Origin: Carcharhinus amblyrhynchos
Taxonomy: Eukaryota
Direction: 5' to 3'
DNA length: 64,000 nt
Assembly (NCBI GenBank): GCA_965287045.1
Contig: OZ336870.1
Location: forward strand, 119,722,001-119,786,000
Shown: one piece after another, positions 1-11,029 of the stretch
Layout: every line of letters begins with the position of its first letter
Position numbering within the stretch: position 1 is the stretch's first letter
The notes under the pieces: model-generated
The model's input: the letters and a program-made list of their open reading frames with translations, nothing else
The model's database searches: none
What the model was told of the DNA's origin: nothing
Position numbers and translations under genes: made by a program

Positions 1-129
1 TGAACAACGTTACACAGATAATTGCAGTATTATAAAACCAACTTGAGTGTCATGTTGCACTACTTTTTAAACCAGAAATGTTTTTTTAGGTCAAAGCAAT
101 GCATTGATTTAAATACTACTCCAAATAGT

Positions 130-500
130 TACATTTATATGACACCTTAAAATTATCAAAACTTTCAAGGTACAGCACAAAGGAGTATCAGAAGATTAAC
201 CAGAAGTAGATTGAAGATTAAAGGATCTGACCAAAGATATTATTTTAAGATGACAGATTTTGAGGTAACTTTTGAAAGTGCGTGGAGCATAGTAGAGCAA
301 AAGATTATGATACAGGACTGCAGAGAGGAGGAGTCTGAAAGATGTGCCAATATGATACAGAGATTTGGAAGAACATGAAGCGCATACAGGCTAAGGTGCC
401 ACAGCACTGAAATGTTGGACTGCAGAGATGCTGTGGAGGGATTTATAAATGCAGATGAATATCAGAAAATCCACATGCTAAAGCTTGGGGCACCAAAAAT
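130..500 (-). mobile_element. Very degenerate L2-type LINE 3' remnant
   Basis: Weak similarity to the L2-like remnant at 18690-20990. Confidence 0.35.
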
Positions 501-1724
501 GGTGTAACACACGTTAACCAGGGACATTACTGACAAAAACCTTCAGGAAACATCACAATTTACAATCAAAAATTGTGTGCATGTGGTGGCAATAAGTCTC
601 GAGGATGTGCAAACATTTTTCTGCTTCTGTAATACACAGACCCCATTGGAAGAATGTCAACATGTACTGTAGAGTGGCCTTCAATGATGCGTGACTTGAA
701 GAGTCTTTAACCTGGCCTCTTGCATTTTCTTATTTTCCTCCTCATTATATCACAAACTAAAAGCATTCCCATAGAACAATGAAGATCAAAAATGCTGAGC
801 AATACTTTCAGCAGAGCAAAGTAGCAACAAATGCTCCAACTCAAACTATGAAGTACTTTAAAATCACAAGCAAGCCAAAAAATGTCAACCCTCAGTATAA
901 ACACAAAGTGACCTCCATTAAGCAGTATTTGGCTTAAGTATACATGCTGTTGTCTCTCCCACTATAATTATTATACTATTAATTGTTTGAGGCAGGTTTT
1001 TAAGCGGAAGGGGCTGGTCTCTCAGAGTTGGCCAATCATACCTCACTCCACTAATGGGGCCGTAAGAATCTCTGGCAGGCCTCAAAGTGAACTGAGATAG
1101 AAGGAAGTAGGTGCAGTTTGCTGGGTGTGGATGTGTTGGTAGGTTAAAAAATTCTGCCTCAAGAATGACAACTTAGAGAATTTCCCACTCCCAATTTTCA
1201 CATTCACTTTCGTACTCCATAAATTGCACTGAACATATTGAAATATGTCGGTTGTATTATTTTGTTCTATGTATTATTAGGGATATTAACAAACATTCAA
1301 CTTCTGCCATAAGAATGCTTATAATCTCTAATAGCCCGTTTAGATTTTCAAATAACAGTGATTTGAGTATTGAGTTGTAAAATAGAAAAGGTTTGATATG
1401 GAGGTAGACACAATCAAATTAGTTTTTTTTATGTCTATCCACGTACAGTCTGTCTGCATCTTATAATGGAACATAATTTAAACTGCACTGCAGATCTACA
1501 AAACTCTGGCCAGCTGTTAACTGATTTTATTATTAATAAATGAGATGTGCGATTTCAGTAAAACGTCAGCTCTTATAACATAGTATAATTATTGCTGCAA
1601 GGATGGTGATGAAATTCTGTTTTGTTCAATTATTCCAAAGATCCTTTGACCTGAGTTCTCTGATGGGCATTATATTTATTTGCTGATTTTACAAATGTGT
1701 TGCAACCAAGCCCCCCCACACTGG

Positions 1725-1920
1725 TAACGAATCCAATGCCTAAAAAGACAGTGGAAGCAGATTCAATAGTAATATCTAAAATAGAATTGTATATAAATTT
1801 CAAAAAAAAATGTGCAGACTATAGGGAAAGTTGGTGAGTGGAACTAATTGTACTTTAAAAGCGCCAACACTGGACTGATTGGTTGAATGGCCTCCGTCAG
1901 TGCTGCAAGATTCTACAATG
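1725..1920 (+). mobile_element. CR1 LINE 3' end fragment
   Basis: GTGGAAGCAGATTCAATAGT...TGAATGGCCTCC..GTGCTG tail typical of shark CR1. Confidence 0.6.
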
Positions 1921-2454
1921 ATATCCTGCTGCTGATAACTGAGGCATGGGAATGATGTAGGGGTGATCCATGCTGTGATATTCTAACTTTTGGTCTGACT
2001 TCACAAGTTTTCAGAATAAATAGCATTGATAGCAAATAAAAATAATCTTTATCCACACTTGTCACAATAAATATATCATGTTCTCTTCAGAGATGGGCCT
2101 AGACATTGGTCCTCTGCAATGCAACTTTAGTGCTCCAGAAAAAATGAGGCTAGGCAAAGAATCTTAGACATTTGAGCACTAAAGGAAGGTATTTTAACAT
2201 ATCGTATAACATCTTCATATCTGGAAGTTTATTTTAATTCCTTACTACTGTTCTTTTTCCATAGTCTGTAATATTTTCCTTCTTCATTTACTGATCTAGC
2301 ATCCAGCTTAAATATTTGGTTGAATCAGCCAGTTTCAATGAATGACTCTGTCTCCTAGGAACCCTATTCTAGTTCTCAGGGGGAAGGAAGAGCGAGAGCA
2401 GAAATATGGGAAATGGGACAGACATGCTTGAGGGCCCAGTCAACCACGGTGGAG

Positions 2455-3375
2455 GGAAACAAAAAGGCAAAATATTGGAGATCTGATAGAAACAGAAGGG
2501 GCTGGAGAAACTCAGCAAGTCTGACAGCATCTGTGGGAAGAGAATAGAGCCAACCTTTTAAGCTTGGGTGACCCTTTGTCAGAGTATGAGGATGGAGGGA
2601 ATTCCATAGTTAAAGAAAAAGTAAGACACATCAAAAACACTGATATAGAAGGTGGTATCGACAGAACAATTGCAATGGAAATAGATAGGTTGAGAGAGTG
2701 GAGGAGAGTACTTACAGGAAGGGTTCCTCTTATCCTCACCTTCCACTCCACCAGTCTCCACATTCAAATGAATTATTTTCCATCACTTGTACTACCTTCT
2801 GTGTGATCACTGATGCTATCACCAAACACATCTTGCCCGCATCACTTTCACCATTGCAAAGGGAGCATTACTGTTGCTTGATCCACTCCTTAATCACCCC
2901 TAACCTCCAACATGAAAGCGTTGGAGGTGCAAAACCTGTCCTTTCACCTCCTTCCTAATGGCCCAGGAGCCCAATCACTCCTGTTAGGTTTAACAGTGAT
3001 TCACATGTTCTTGTTTCAATTTCGTATACTGTATTCACTGCTCAGTGTGGTCTCCACTACTTTAGGTAACAGCTTTGCGGAACACTACCATTTTTTTCTG
3101 CAAGTGTGACCACGAACTTCCGATCGTCTGTTACTTCAATTCTTCATTCCACTCCCACTCTGATCTCTTTGTCCTTGGCTGCCAATATGTTCTAATAATA
3201 CCCAACAATTCCTCAGCTTTTGATTAGGCATTTTACAATCTCTTGCACTCAACATTCAGGTCAATAATTTCAATAGCTAATTTTTCAGACAGCAGCCGTT
3301 GATAAGGATTCTGATTTTCCCGTTTCCACCTCACCTCGATCCAACATAACCTGATAAGCATTTCCAATATTTTCT
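2455..3375 (+). mobile_element. Penelope-like element fragment with inverted terminal part
   Basis: RVPLILTFHSTSLHIQ peptide; GIY-YIG region NFVYCIHC..CGL at ~3020-3060; terminal repeat AGAAACTCAGCAAGTCTGACAGCATCTGTGG. Confidence 0.75.
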
Positions 3376-3503
3376 GTATTTTAGTTTTCGTTCAGTTGTT
3401 CCAATAATATTTTATACCTTTTCCTTAAAGGCCATTTATTAAACATGAAATAAAAGTGTATTTAGTCATACCAACATTTCATAATCATTCCCCAAACTCA
3501 CTG

Positions 3504-3910
3504 GTCAGAATTTAATGCCAGCCCAGGAGTGAGTTTGGAAGTGGAGAGGACATTTAATTGGGCAGAGGGTGCAGAGTGGGGAACCTACTACCTTCCTATC
3601 TCTGCCGCTTTAGGACTTGCACGGGAAGACCATGGATGGGCCTTCCAACCTGGATGCTAATCGAGAACATCATATGGGCAATTAAGATGACTCAGCAGGG
3701 GAGTTGTCATGCAGGTAGCCTGAAAAGCGAACTCTGTCAGATTTGCTTGTAGGTTTCCAAGGTTCTCCATGTCTGACTGAAGCATTGGAAGGGAAAGGCC
3801 CACTGAAGGGCATACCCATGCCCTTTCTTCCAACCTGCCCCTCACCAACCAATGATTTTCTCTCAACGCAAGAGAACTTTTGGGGCAAGAAGGAAATATA
3901 CCCAAGGGCC
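3504..3910. mobile_element. GC-rich non-autonomous DNA element (Harbinger/MITE-like)
   Basis: Starts GGTCAGAATTT; internal GGGCAATTAA motif shared with other copies in the window. Confidence 0.4.
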
Positions 3911-4584
3911 CAGCATATGTGTGTATAAAATATATTGTTAACTTAATCATAATTGTGTTTTTAATTTGTTCTATATGCAATAAAGCTTGCACATTGTTTT
4001 AAAAATGTGAAGTCTTCTGTTGTTGATTTATTGCTTAAGACAAAATATTTGGACTTCTCTTTCCATGTTAACGGTCCCTACCCAGCTCATGTCATCATGC
4101 ATAGCAAAACACAGCGAAAGCCAAAATTCTAGATTCATAGCTTGTATTGTCTCATTTACAGGAAAATTTGACAAGCTTTCATTGAGTGAAGATGAGACTT
4201 AGAACCCTGAACTGGAGCCTAAATTACAAGATCAGGTGGTGGTATTTTTCAAAAATCTTATATTAGTCTATCTAGATGCTATTTCTGCTACACATTTATT
4301 GCTAGTTGTAGTTTGCAGCTATCACTGCAAAAGTCTGTTGGAGCACAGGTGTCAATTATACCTAATCACCCAAAGCAGTAGTTGGCAGCATCATGTCCCA
4401 ATCTTAGTATAGGGACCAAATATTGACCCTGAATTATCCAATCAAATGTTGCACTCTAAATTGGTTCCTAACCTTCAGGTTTTGCTGACCTTCAAAAGTG
4501 ATATTTACAGCACCATGGTGATTTTACAGGTCAAGTCTTCTGTTTTATTTATTGAGACGCTATGAAGAAGTTGAAGCAGAGGGA

Positions 4585-4810
4585 CAGGAGTAAGTGTATT
4601 TACCTTGTCAAGCCTGTTTCACCATTCCATAAGATCAATTTGATTTGCAACCTAACTTTATCTTTGCCTCACATCCCCAGATTCCTTTGGTTAACAACAC
4701 TTAATCAATCTTATATTCAAAATTAAGAATTGATCTTGCATTAAACACTGCTTGCAGAAAGGAGTTCCAAACCTCCAATGCATTGCAGATTGAAGTTTTT
4801 CCTAATTGTT
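4585..4810 (-). mobile_element. CR1 LINE 3' end fragment
   Basis: ACAGGAGTA...CCTGTTTCACCATTCCATAAGATC reverse CR1 tail. Confidence 0.55.
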
Positions 4811-4844
4811 GGAAGATGGAAGAAAGGGGTGAATTGAGTGTTAC

Positions 4845-5750
4845 TACTCTTGACAACAAGCCAGCATCTGACCAAGTGTGGCATCAAGGAATCCTAGTAA
4901 AACTGATATCAAAAGGAACTGGGTGAAAACTAATACAAAAGATGATTGTAGCTGTTGGAAGTTAATAATCTTAGAACTAGGACATCGCTGCAGATTTCCT
5001 CAGAGTTTTGGCTCAGGCCCAACCATCTTTAGCTATTTCATCAATGACCTTCCATCCATCATAGGGTCAGAAGCGAGGGCATTTGCTGATAACTGCATAA
5101 TGTTCACATTCATGACTCCTCAGACACTGAAGCAGTTCCTGCCCATATGCCATAAGACCTGGACAACACTGATGGTTAGGCTGATAAGTGGCAAGTAACT
5201 TTTGCGCCATACAAGTATCAGACGATGACCATTTCCAACAAGAGAAAACCTAATCATCTCCCCTGGACATTTAATGGAATTACTATCACTGAATCCCCCA
5301 TTATTAACATCCTGAGTGTTACCATTGACCAGAAACTGAACTGGATCAGCCATATAAATACTGTGGCTACGCAAGTAGGTCAGAGGCTGGAAATCCTGAA
5401 GCGAATAACTCACCTCATGCCTCTCCAACATGTGTCCATCATCTACAAGGCAAGAGTGTGATGGAATACTCTTCACTTACCAGGATGAGTGCAGCCCCAA
5501 CAACACTCAAGGTGCTCAATGCCATCCAGGACAAAGCAGCATGCTTGATTGGCACCTCAATCATCACCTTAAGTATTCACTCCCTCCATCACCAACACAC
5601 AGTGGCAGCAGTCTGTATCTTCTACAAGATGCGTTGCAGCAACTGACCAAGGCTCCTTCAACATCACCTTCCAAATCAGTGAACACTACCAGCTAGAAGC
5701 ATAAGGGCAATATATGCAATGGAACACCACCACTGGCAACTTTCTCCCTG
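4845..5750 (+). mobile_element. CR1/L2-group LINE reverse-transcriptase remnant
   Basis: ORF fragments GPTIFSYFINDLPSII..AFADNC (RT FADD motif), SVTIDQKLNW..HINTV, IYKARV/MEYS..; frameshifted. Confidence 0.85.
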
Positions 5751-6056
5751 TGCAAACTTAAAGTTATTAAGATTGGTGTTCTTCCTCCAGTACTAGTTCT
5801 TTATTCCTGGTTATGTGTTACCTTGCCCTTTGCAAAAAAGAGACTTCAGTGATAAAGGACTGTGGCTGGCAGGAATGCTTCTAACATGCGTATATCTGCA
5901 CATATTCCATTGTTTTAGACTTACAAGCATAGGCTTCCCGATCCAGTTGTCATACGTTATCCGGTACTAAACCACCTAATTTAAAGAAGGAAAGACTCTT
6001 GTTTGTAGGAGGTGCCAACTTTTGATTCTCTCCATGACCACAGTCCCTTTAATTGT

Positions 6057-6279
6057 CTACCAGCATCTATCAGGAGAGAAACAGAATTAATGTTTTGAGT
6101 CCATAGATTCTTCGACAGAACTGAAAGGAGGGGAATTGTAGAAACTGCACCAAAGAATTTAAAGACTCAGAACGTTAAGTCTGGTTCTGTCCTGATAGAT
6201 GCTGGCAGACCTATTGAGTTTTACCAGCGTCCTCTTTCTTGTTTCAGATTCCAACATCAGAAGTATTTTGCTTATTGTT
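6057..6279. mobile_element. Fold-back Penelope-derived short element with 13-bp TSD TCCCTTTAATTGT
   Basis: Exact direct repeats at 6044-6056 and 6280-6292; internal inverted arms. Confidence 0.8.
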
Positions 6280-6871
6280 TCCCTTTAATTGTGTGGCTTC
6301 TATGCTGTTTTAGTTGTATTCTTTCAGGACTCTTCAAAAGTAGACTTCTGCCAAATATTCTGGACTACTTTTCTGTCATTTTGTACTGCGAGTAATTTGA
6401 TCAGCAAATAAACTTTATTTATGAAACAAACAACAGCTATTCTGACAAAGCTGAGTATTCTTCGTGTGCTATTTTGTAATACAGAGGGAAAAAGAGCTAT
6501 GTCTCTTCACTTGAAAAAGAATTAAATATTTTAAGTACACATTATTAGCATGATGTGCCTGTTTTCATTTAAACAAAACACAAGTTTGATCAAAGCTGCT
6601 AGCATTATTTCTATTTACGGTTGTTCTATAGTAAATTAGTCAGACTGTCCCAAAAGAAAACTATGGCATCATCTAAACATGCAAGGGAATTATGTTATTG
6701 GCTAATCCAGATGAAGCATCAAAATACAGGAGAATTTGCACGAGGCACCTAGAAATACTGCAGTTATGGAGCTCTGACAATGTTGAATACAAGCTGCAAC
6801 TGAAGTTAATAAGTGAAATTGCTTTTGGGAAACAATGCAAATAAAGAAATGCTTAGTGCGCACAGTACAAT

Positions 6872-7195
6872 AGGGGTATCACGGTTGTTAGCACTGCTAT
6901 CAGACAGAGCCAGGGATCCACATTCAATTCCAGCTTTGGGTGACTGTACAAGCTCCACACTTTCCCAGTGTCTGTCTGGATGTTTCTGTTCCCTCCCAGA
7001 GTGCAAAGATGTGCCAGGTTAGGTAGATCAGCCATGCTAAGTTACCCCTTAGTGTCCAAAGATGTGTAAGTTAGGCGAGTTATGAGGATAGGAGGCTGGG
7101 TGGGCCAGGGTAAAATGGTCTTTCAGATAGACAGAGAGCAGATTCGATAGGCTGATTGGCCTCCTTCTGCAATGTAGGGTTTCTATGATTCTATT
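6872..7195 (+). mobile_element. HE1-type (V-SINE) tRNA-derived SINE
   Basis: tRNA-like head, V-domain, CR1-like tail GGCCTCCTTCTGCA..CTATGATT. Confidence 0.8.
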
Positions 7196-7289
7196 ACTTT
7201 TATAATGGGTGCTGTTCCTGTTTTTAATCGTTATTCCTTTAATGAAGCTCAAGACTTTGATGCATATAAAATGCATCAGATTAGCAAAG

Positions 7290-7612
7290 GGTGGCATTTT
7301 GGCACAGTGGTTAGCACGGCTGTCTCACATCACCAGGGACCCGGGTTTGATTCCCAGCTTGGGTCACTATCTGTGTGGAGTCCGTACATTCTCATGTCTG
7401 CATGGTTTTCCTCTGGGTGCTCCGGTTTCCTCCCACAGTCCAAAGATGTGCGGGTTAGGTTGATTGGCCATGCTAAAAAAATTGCCCCTTCGTATCAGAG
7501 GGACTAGCTAGGGTAAATGCATGAGGTTATGGGAATAGGGCCTGGGTGGGATTGTGGCCAATGCAGTTTCGATGAGCTGAATAGCCTCCTTCAGCACTAT
7601 AGGAATCGATGA
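7290..7612 (+). mobile_element. HE1-type SINE, near full length
   Basis: GGCACAGTGGTTAGCAC...GGGTGCTCCGGTTTCCTCCCACAGTCCAAAGATGTGCGGGTTAGG. Confidence 0.9.
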
Positions 7613-8026
7613 AATTTTACAGATTTAAGACAGATTCATGTTTGTAACACAACAGCAAAGCAGAGCTTTAGCTTATTCATGGATATTATTGGTTGACTGT
7701 GATGCTTATAATGTTGTTGATTCCTGTTGTGAACAGCATAGCAAAAATCACAATTTTTGAATCAATTTACTATTACCATCTATTTGAAAATCTATACAAC
7801 AGCTGATCCACAGGAATTCAACAAACATCATGTTTTATCTTTAATAAAAGTTTCATTCAAATTGGTTTGCAAGCAATGAATTACTGTCTAAGTTCAATTC
7901 CAAAGTTCAATGTGAGTCATTTGTCGCACAGAAGACTTTAAACACCAAAGAGATTATTAACTTTATTGTTGTAGTAGGCTTATGAAGCAATATTGGCCAG
8001 GACATAGATTACAGTTAAGCCAATAC

Positions 8027-8663
8027 TGTTATCGGACAACAAATTTTCTGAAATTAGGTACACAATATGGAAACAGACTAAAACTGCACTCAGAACGCCT
8101 CCACTAAAGATCACAAGGGAACAGATCCAGACAAGCAGGCTAAAGGCATGCTTTTAAAATGCAAACGAGGTCTAACACAAAAAGGGAGCCGGACAGGATG
8201 GCACCAACAGAAGCTAAGTTAAAAGTACACACTCATCTAATCAAATCAGCACCACTGGCCTAATCAAATGATATCAGGAAACCTCCGTAGAAACACCTAA
8301 GGATTAACAGGCCTTCTTGGCCTCAAAAGACTTCCTGAGATCAGCCAAACATCCATTGTTCAAGGAACCCAGGAGATTCTAGACCATTGATAAACCCATC
8401 AGACAGAAACGATTACCATACTTAAACATCAAGACAGAATGGTCAGAGTCAAACACTGCAAACAAAACATTAACATTTGAATCATACAATGTGTCAAAGT
8501 TTGAGTATAACTGTAGCCCATTGCAGTGGGTCTTTAGAGTGCTTTCAGGACTGTACTGTTTGTATGTCCTGATTGCACCTCCGTCAACGTTAAAATAAAG
8601 CTGTACCGCTGTTGAACCTGACCTTGAGCCCGTAGTAGTCGTGTTCACCCACTCGCGCTAACA
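8027..8663 (+). mobile_element. Solo LTR (637 bp), antisense to ANK2
   Basis: TGTTA...TAACA termini, 4-bp TSD ATAC (8023-8026 / 8664-8667), TATAA at 8506, AATAAA at 8594. Confidence 0.8.
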
Positions 8664-8814
8664 ATACCTAAATAGGCAGATATGATAGTAATGTACTGGA
8701 GTATTATGTTAGATTAAAATGTTAAAATTGGCAACAATGTTACCAATTGAATTACAAGGACTATTTTCATTCCCTAAGTCTCAATTTTGAATGGTTTAAT
8801 AGTGGGATAACAAT

Positions 8815-9340
8815 TTTTTTCTTCAATCATGGGACATGGGTGTTGCTGGCTGGCCAATATTTATTGCCCATCCCGAGTTGCCCTTGAGACGGTGGTGGTG
8901 AGTTGCCTTCTCAAAACACTGCAGTCTACATGCTGCCACATCTGATTTGATTTGATCATACCGTTAGGGCAGCAATTCCATGATTTTGACCAAGCGGCTG
9001 CGAAGGAACAATGATTATATTTTCAATTCAAGGTGGTGAGTGGCTTGGAGGGGAACTTGCAGATGGTGATGTTCCCCTGTAACTGTTGTCCTTGTCCTTC
9101 TGGATGGAAATGGTCGTGGGTTTTGTAAAGGAGCTGAATAAGGATCTTTAGCGAATTCTGCAGTGCATCTTGTAGATAGTACACATTGCTGCTACTGAGT
9201 GTTGGAGGTGGTGGAGGGAGAGGATGTGGTGCCAATCAAGCAGGCTGCTGCGTTTTGTTGGAGCTACTCCCATCTAGGGAATATTCCATCACACTCCTGA
9301 CTTGTGCCTTGTAGATGATAGACAGGATTTGGGGGGCCAG
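8815..9340 (-). mobile_element. LINE 3' end, same family as 4845-5750
   Basis: Reverse tail CATGGGACATGGG..TTTATTGCCCATCC..GGAGGGGAACTTGCAGATGG. Confidence 0.8.
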
Positions 9341-9607
9341 GGGGTCAGAATTAGAGAAAACAAACTAACTGGCAGCTAACTGTTGGAGATCTGCCAACCA
9401 CAACTTACAGATCCCAATTTAGGTGGTTATAGTTCCAGTTTGCAGCTGGCAGGAACTAATTCATAAAGCAACTTTATCAGGATCTAAGCACAATATGAAA
9501 AGAAAAAAATGCATAGCACGTGAAGCAGCACTGCCATTATTGCTTTCTCAGCCCTGCCCACAAAATACTGCCAATACAAGACAGCAGGTATGTACTGCTA
9601 CTGCAGG

Positions 9608-9865
9608 AGTTAGCACTGTTATCTCAAAATACCAGGAACTGGATTCGATTCCAGCCTTGGGTGACTGTGTGGAGTTTTCCCCAGTGTCTGTACTGATTTC
9701 CTCCGGGTTCTCCAATTTCCTCCCACAGTCCAAAAGGTGTGTAGGTTAGGTGGATTCACCATGGTAAATATGCAGAGTTACAAGAATGTTGTGTAGGATG
9801 CTCTTTTGGACAGTCAGTGCAGACTTGATGGGCCAACTGGTTTCCTTCTGCACTGTTCTAAGGTT
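9608..9865 (+). mobile_element. HE1-type SINE, diverged
   Basis: TTAGCACTG...CTCCCACAGTCCAAAAGGTG. Confidence 0.75.
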
Positions 9866-10018
9866 CTACTTGTAGCAATGTAATTGTCAGGTAAAGCTGG
9901 AACCAGGTCCACAAGTTATTTTCTCTTTATCATTTTTGGGACTTTTATGTCTTCAAGGTTGCCTGCATCTCAGTGTGCTCTTTATTTTTCTCTGCCAGTT
10001 CATTTTTATGCTCTGGAT

Positions 10019-10200
10019 AAAAGCAAATTATTGCGTATGCTGGAATCTGAAACCAAAGGAGAAAATGCTGGAAAATCTCTTTCTATGTCTTTTAGCTTTG
10101 ACAAAGGATCATCTGGACTCGAAACATCAGCTATTTTCTCTCCTTACAGATGTTGCCAGACCTGCGAGAGTTTCCAACGATTTTTCTCTTTTGATTTCAT
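10019..10200. mobile_element. Fold-back Penelope-derived element with minimal hammerhead-like motif (10093-10133)
   Basis: Inverted arms GAAAATGCTGGAAAATCTC / GAGTTTCCAACGATTTTTCTC; TTGACAA-stem-GAAA motif. Confidence 0.75.
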
Positions 10201-11029
10201 TTTTGAGCTCCATTGACCATTGCCCCTACCCCATCCAATTTTCCATCCCACCCTTTTAAAGTGCAGCTGCAGGTTTCTTACTGCCCCAGTAGAATTCCTG
10301 CCCTCAAAAATGATGAGTTCCTCAAAAGCTGTACAATTAGCGCTGGCAGCTGTTCTTCGATATTTGAATGAGATCCAATCTGAGATCATACTGACTAAAT
10401 ACCAGGAACTATAACTGAGTCAACAGATTCTACAAATGTTGAAGTGCAGACTTGACCGATCAAGTCCATGCCAATGTTTTTCTTCGCTTTTCTGCTTATA
10501 CTCTCTGCTTGCTTTAATATTTCTATTTATCAAACAACTATCTAATTACCTTTAAAACAAATATGGATTCTATCCAAACAACAGTTTGTGGCAGAAAATT
10601 TCACGCTTTAACTATATCCTCTGTGCTAAGAGATTTTTCCTCTAATTATCTCTTAACTTTATGCCCATTTATTACATCTCATTTACCCTGTGCAAGCAAG
10701 CTATGGCTACTTATTGTAATATGTGACATGGAGGTCTCTAAGAGTATCTAAATCAACTCAGTTCTAGTTATCAAAAAACACTAAGCAAATCTCTTTATAA
10801 CTTCAATCTCTTATATGATGTAACATTCAAACTGAATCTATGCTGCAACTTTTATATCCTTCCCATGATGAGGCCGCCAGTATCATACACAATACTACAA
10901 CTGTGGCCAAAGGTTTTCTAAAAGTTCAAACTCGCTCCCTTTTAACCTATAACGTTTGTAACATGATCATGACTTTGCACTCATTTTCAAAACTGAAAGC
11001 AATTTTTTTACATCACCTATAATAAGTAC

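Noticed and set aside
707-904. ORF ending MRRKIRKCKRPG near a CAG|GTTAAA donor-like site
   Set aside because: No homology, and no ATG-led phase-0 join to ANK2
7290-7370. tRNA-like A/B-box sequences
   Set aside because: These are SINE heads, not tRNA genes
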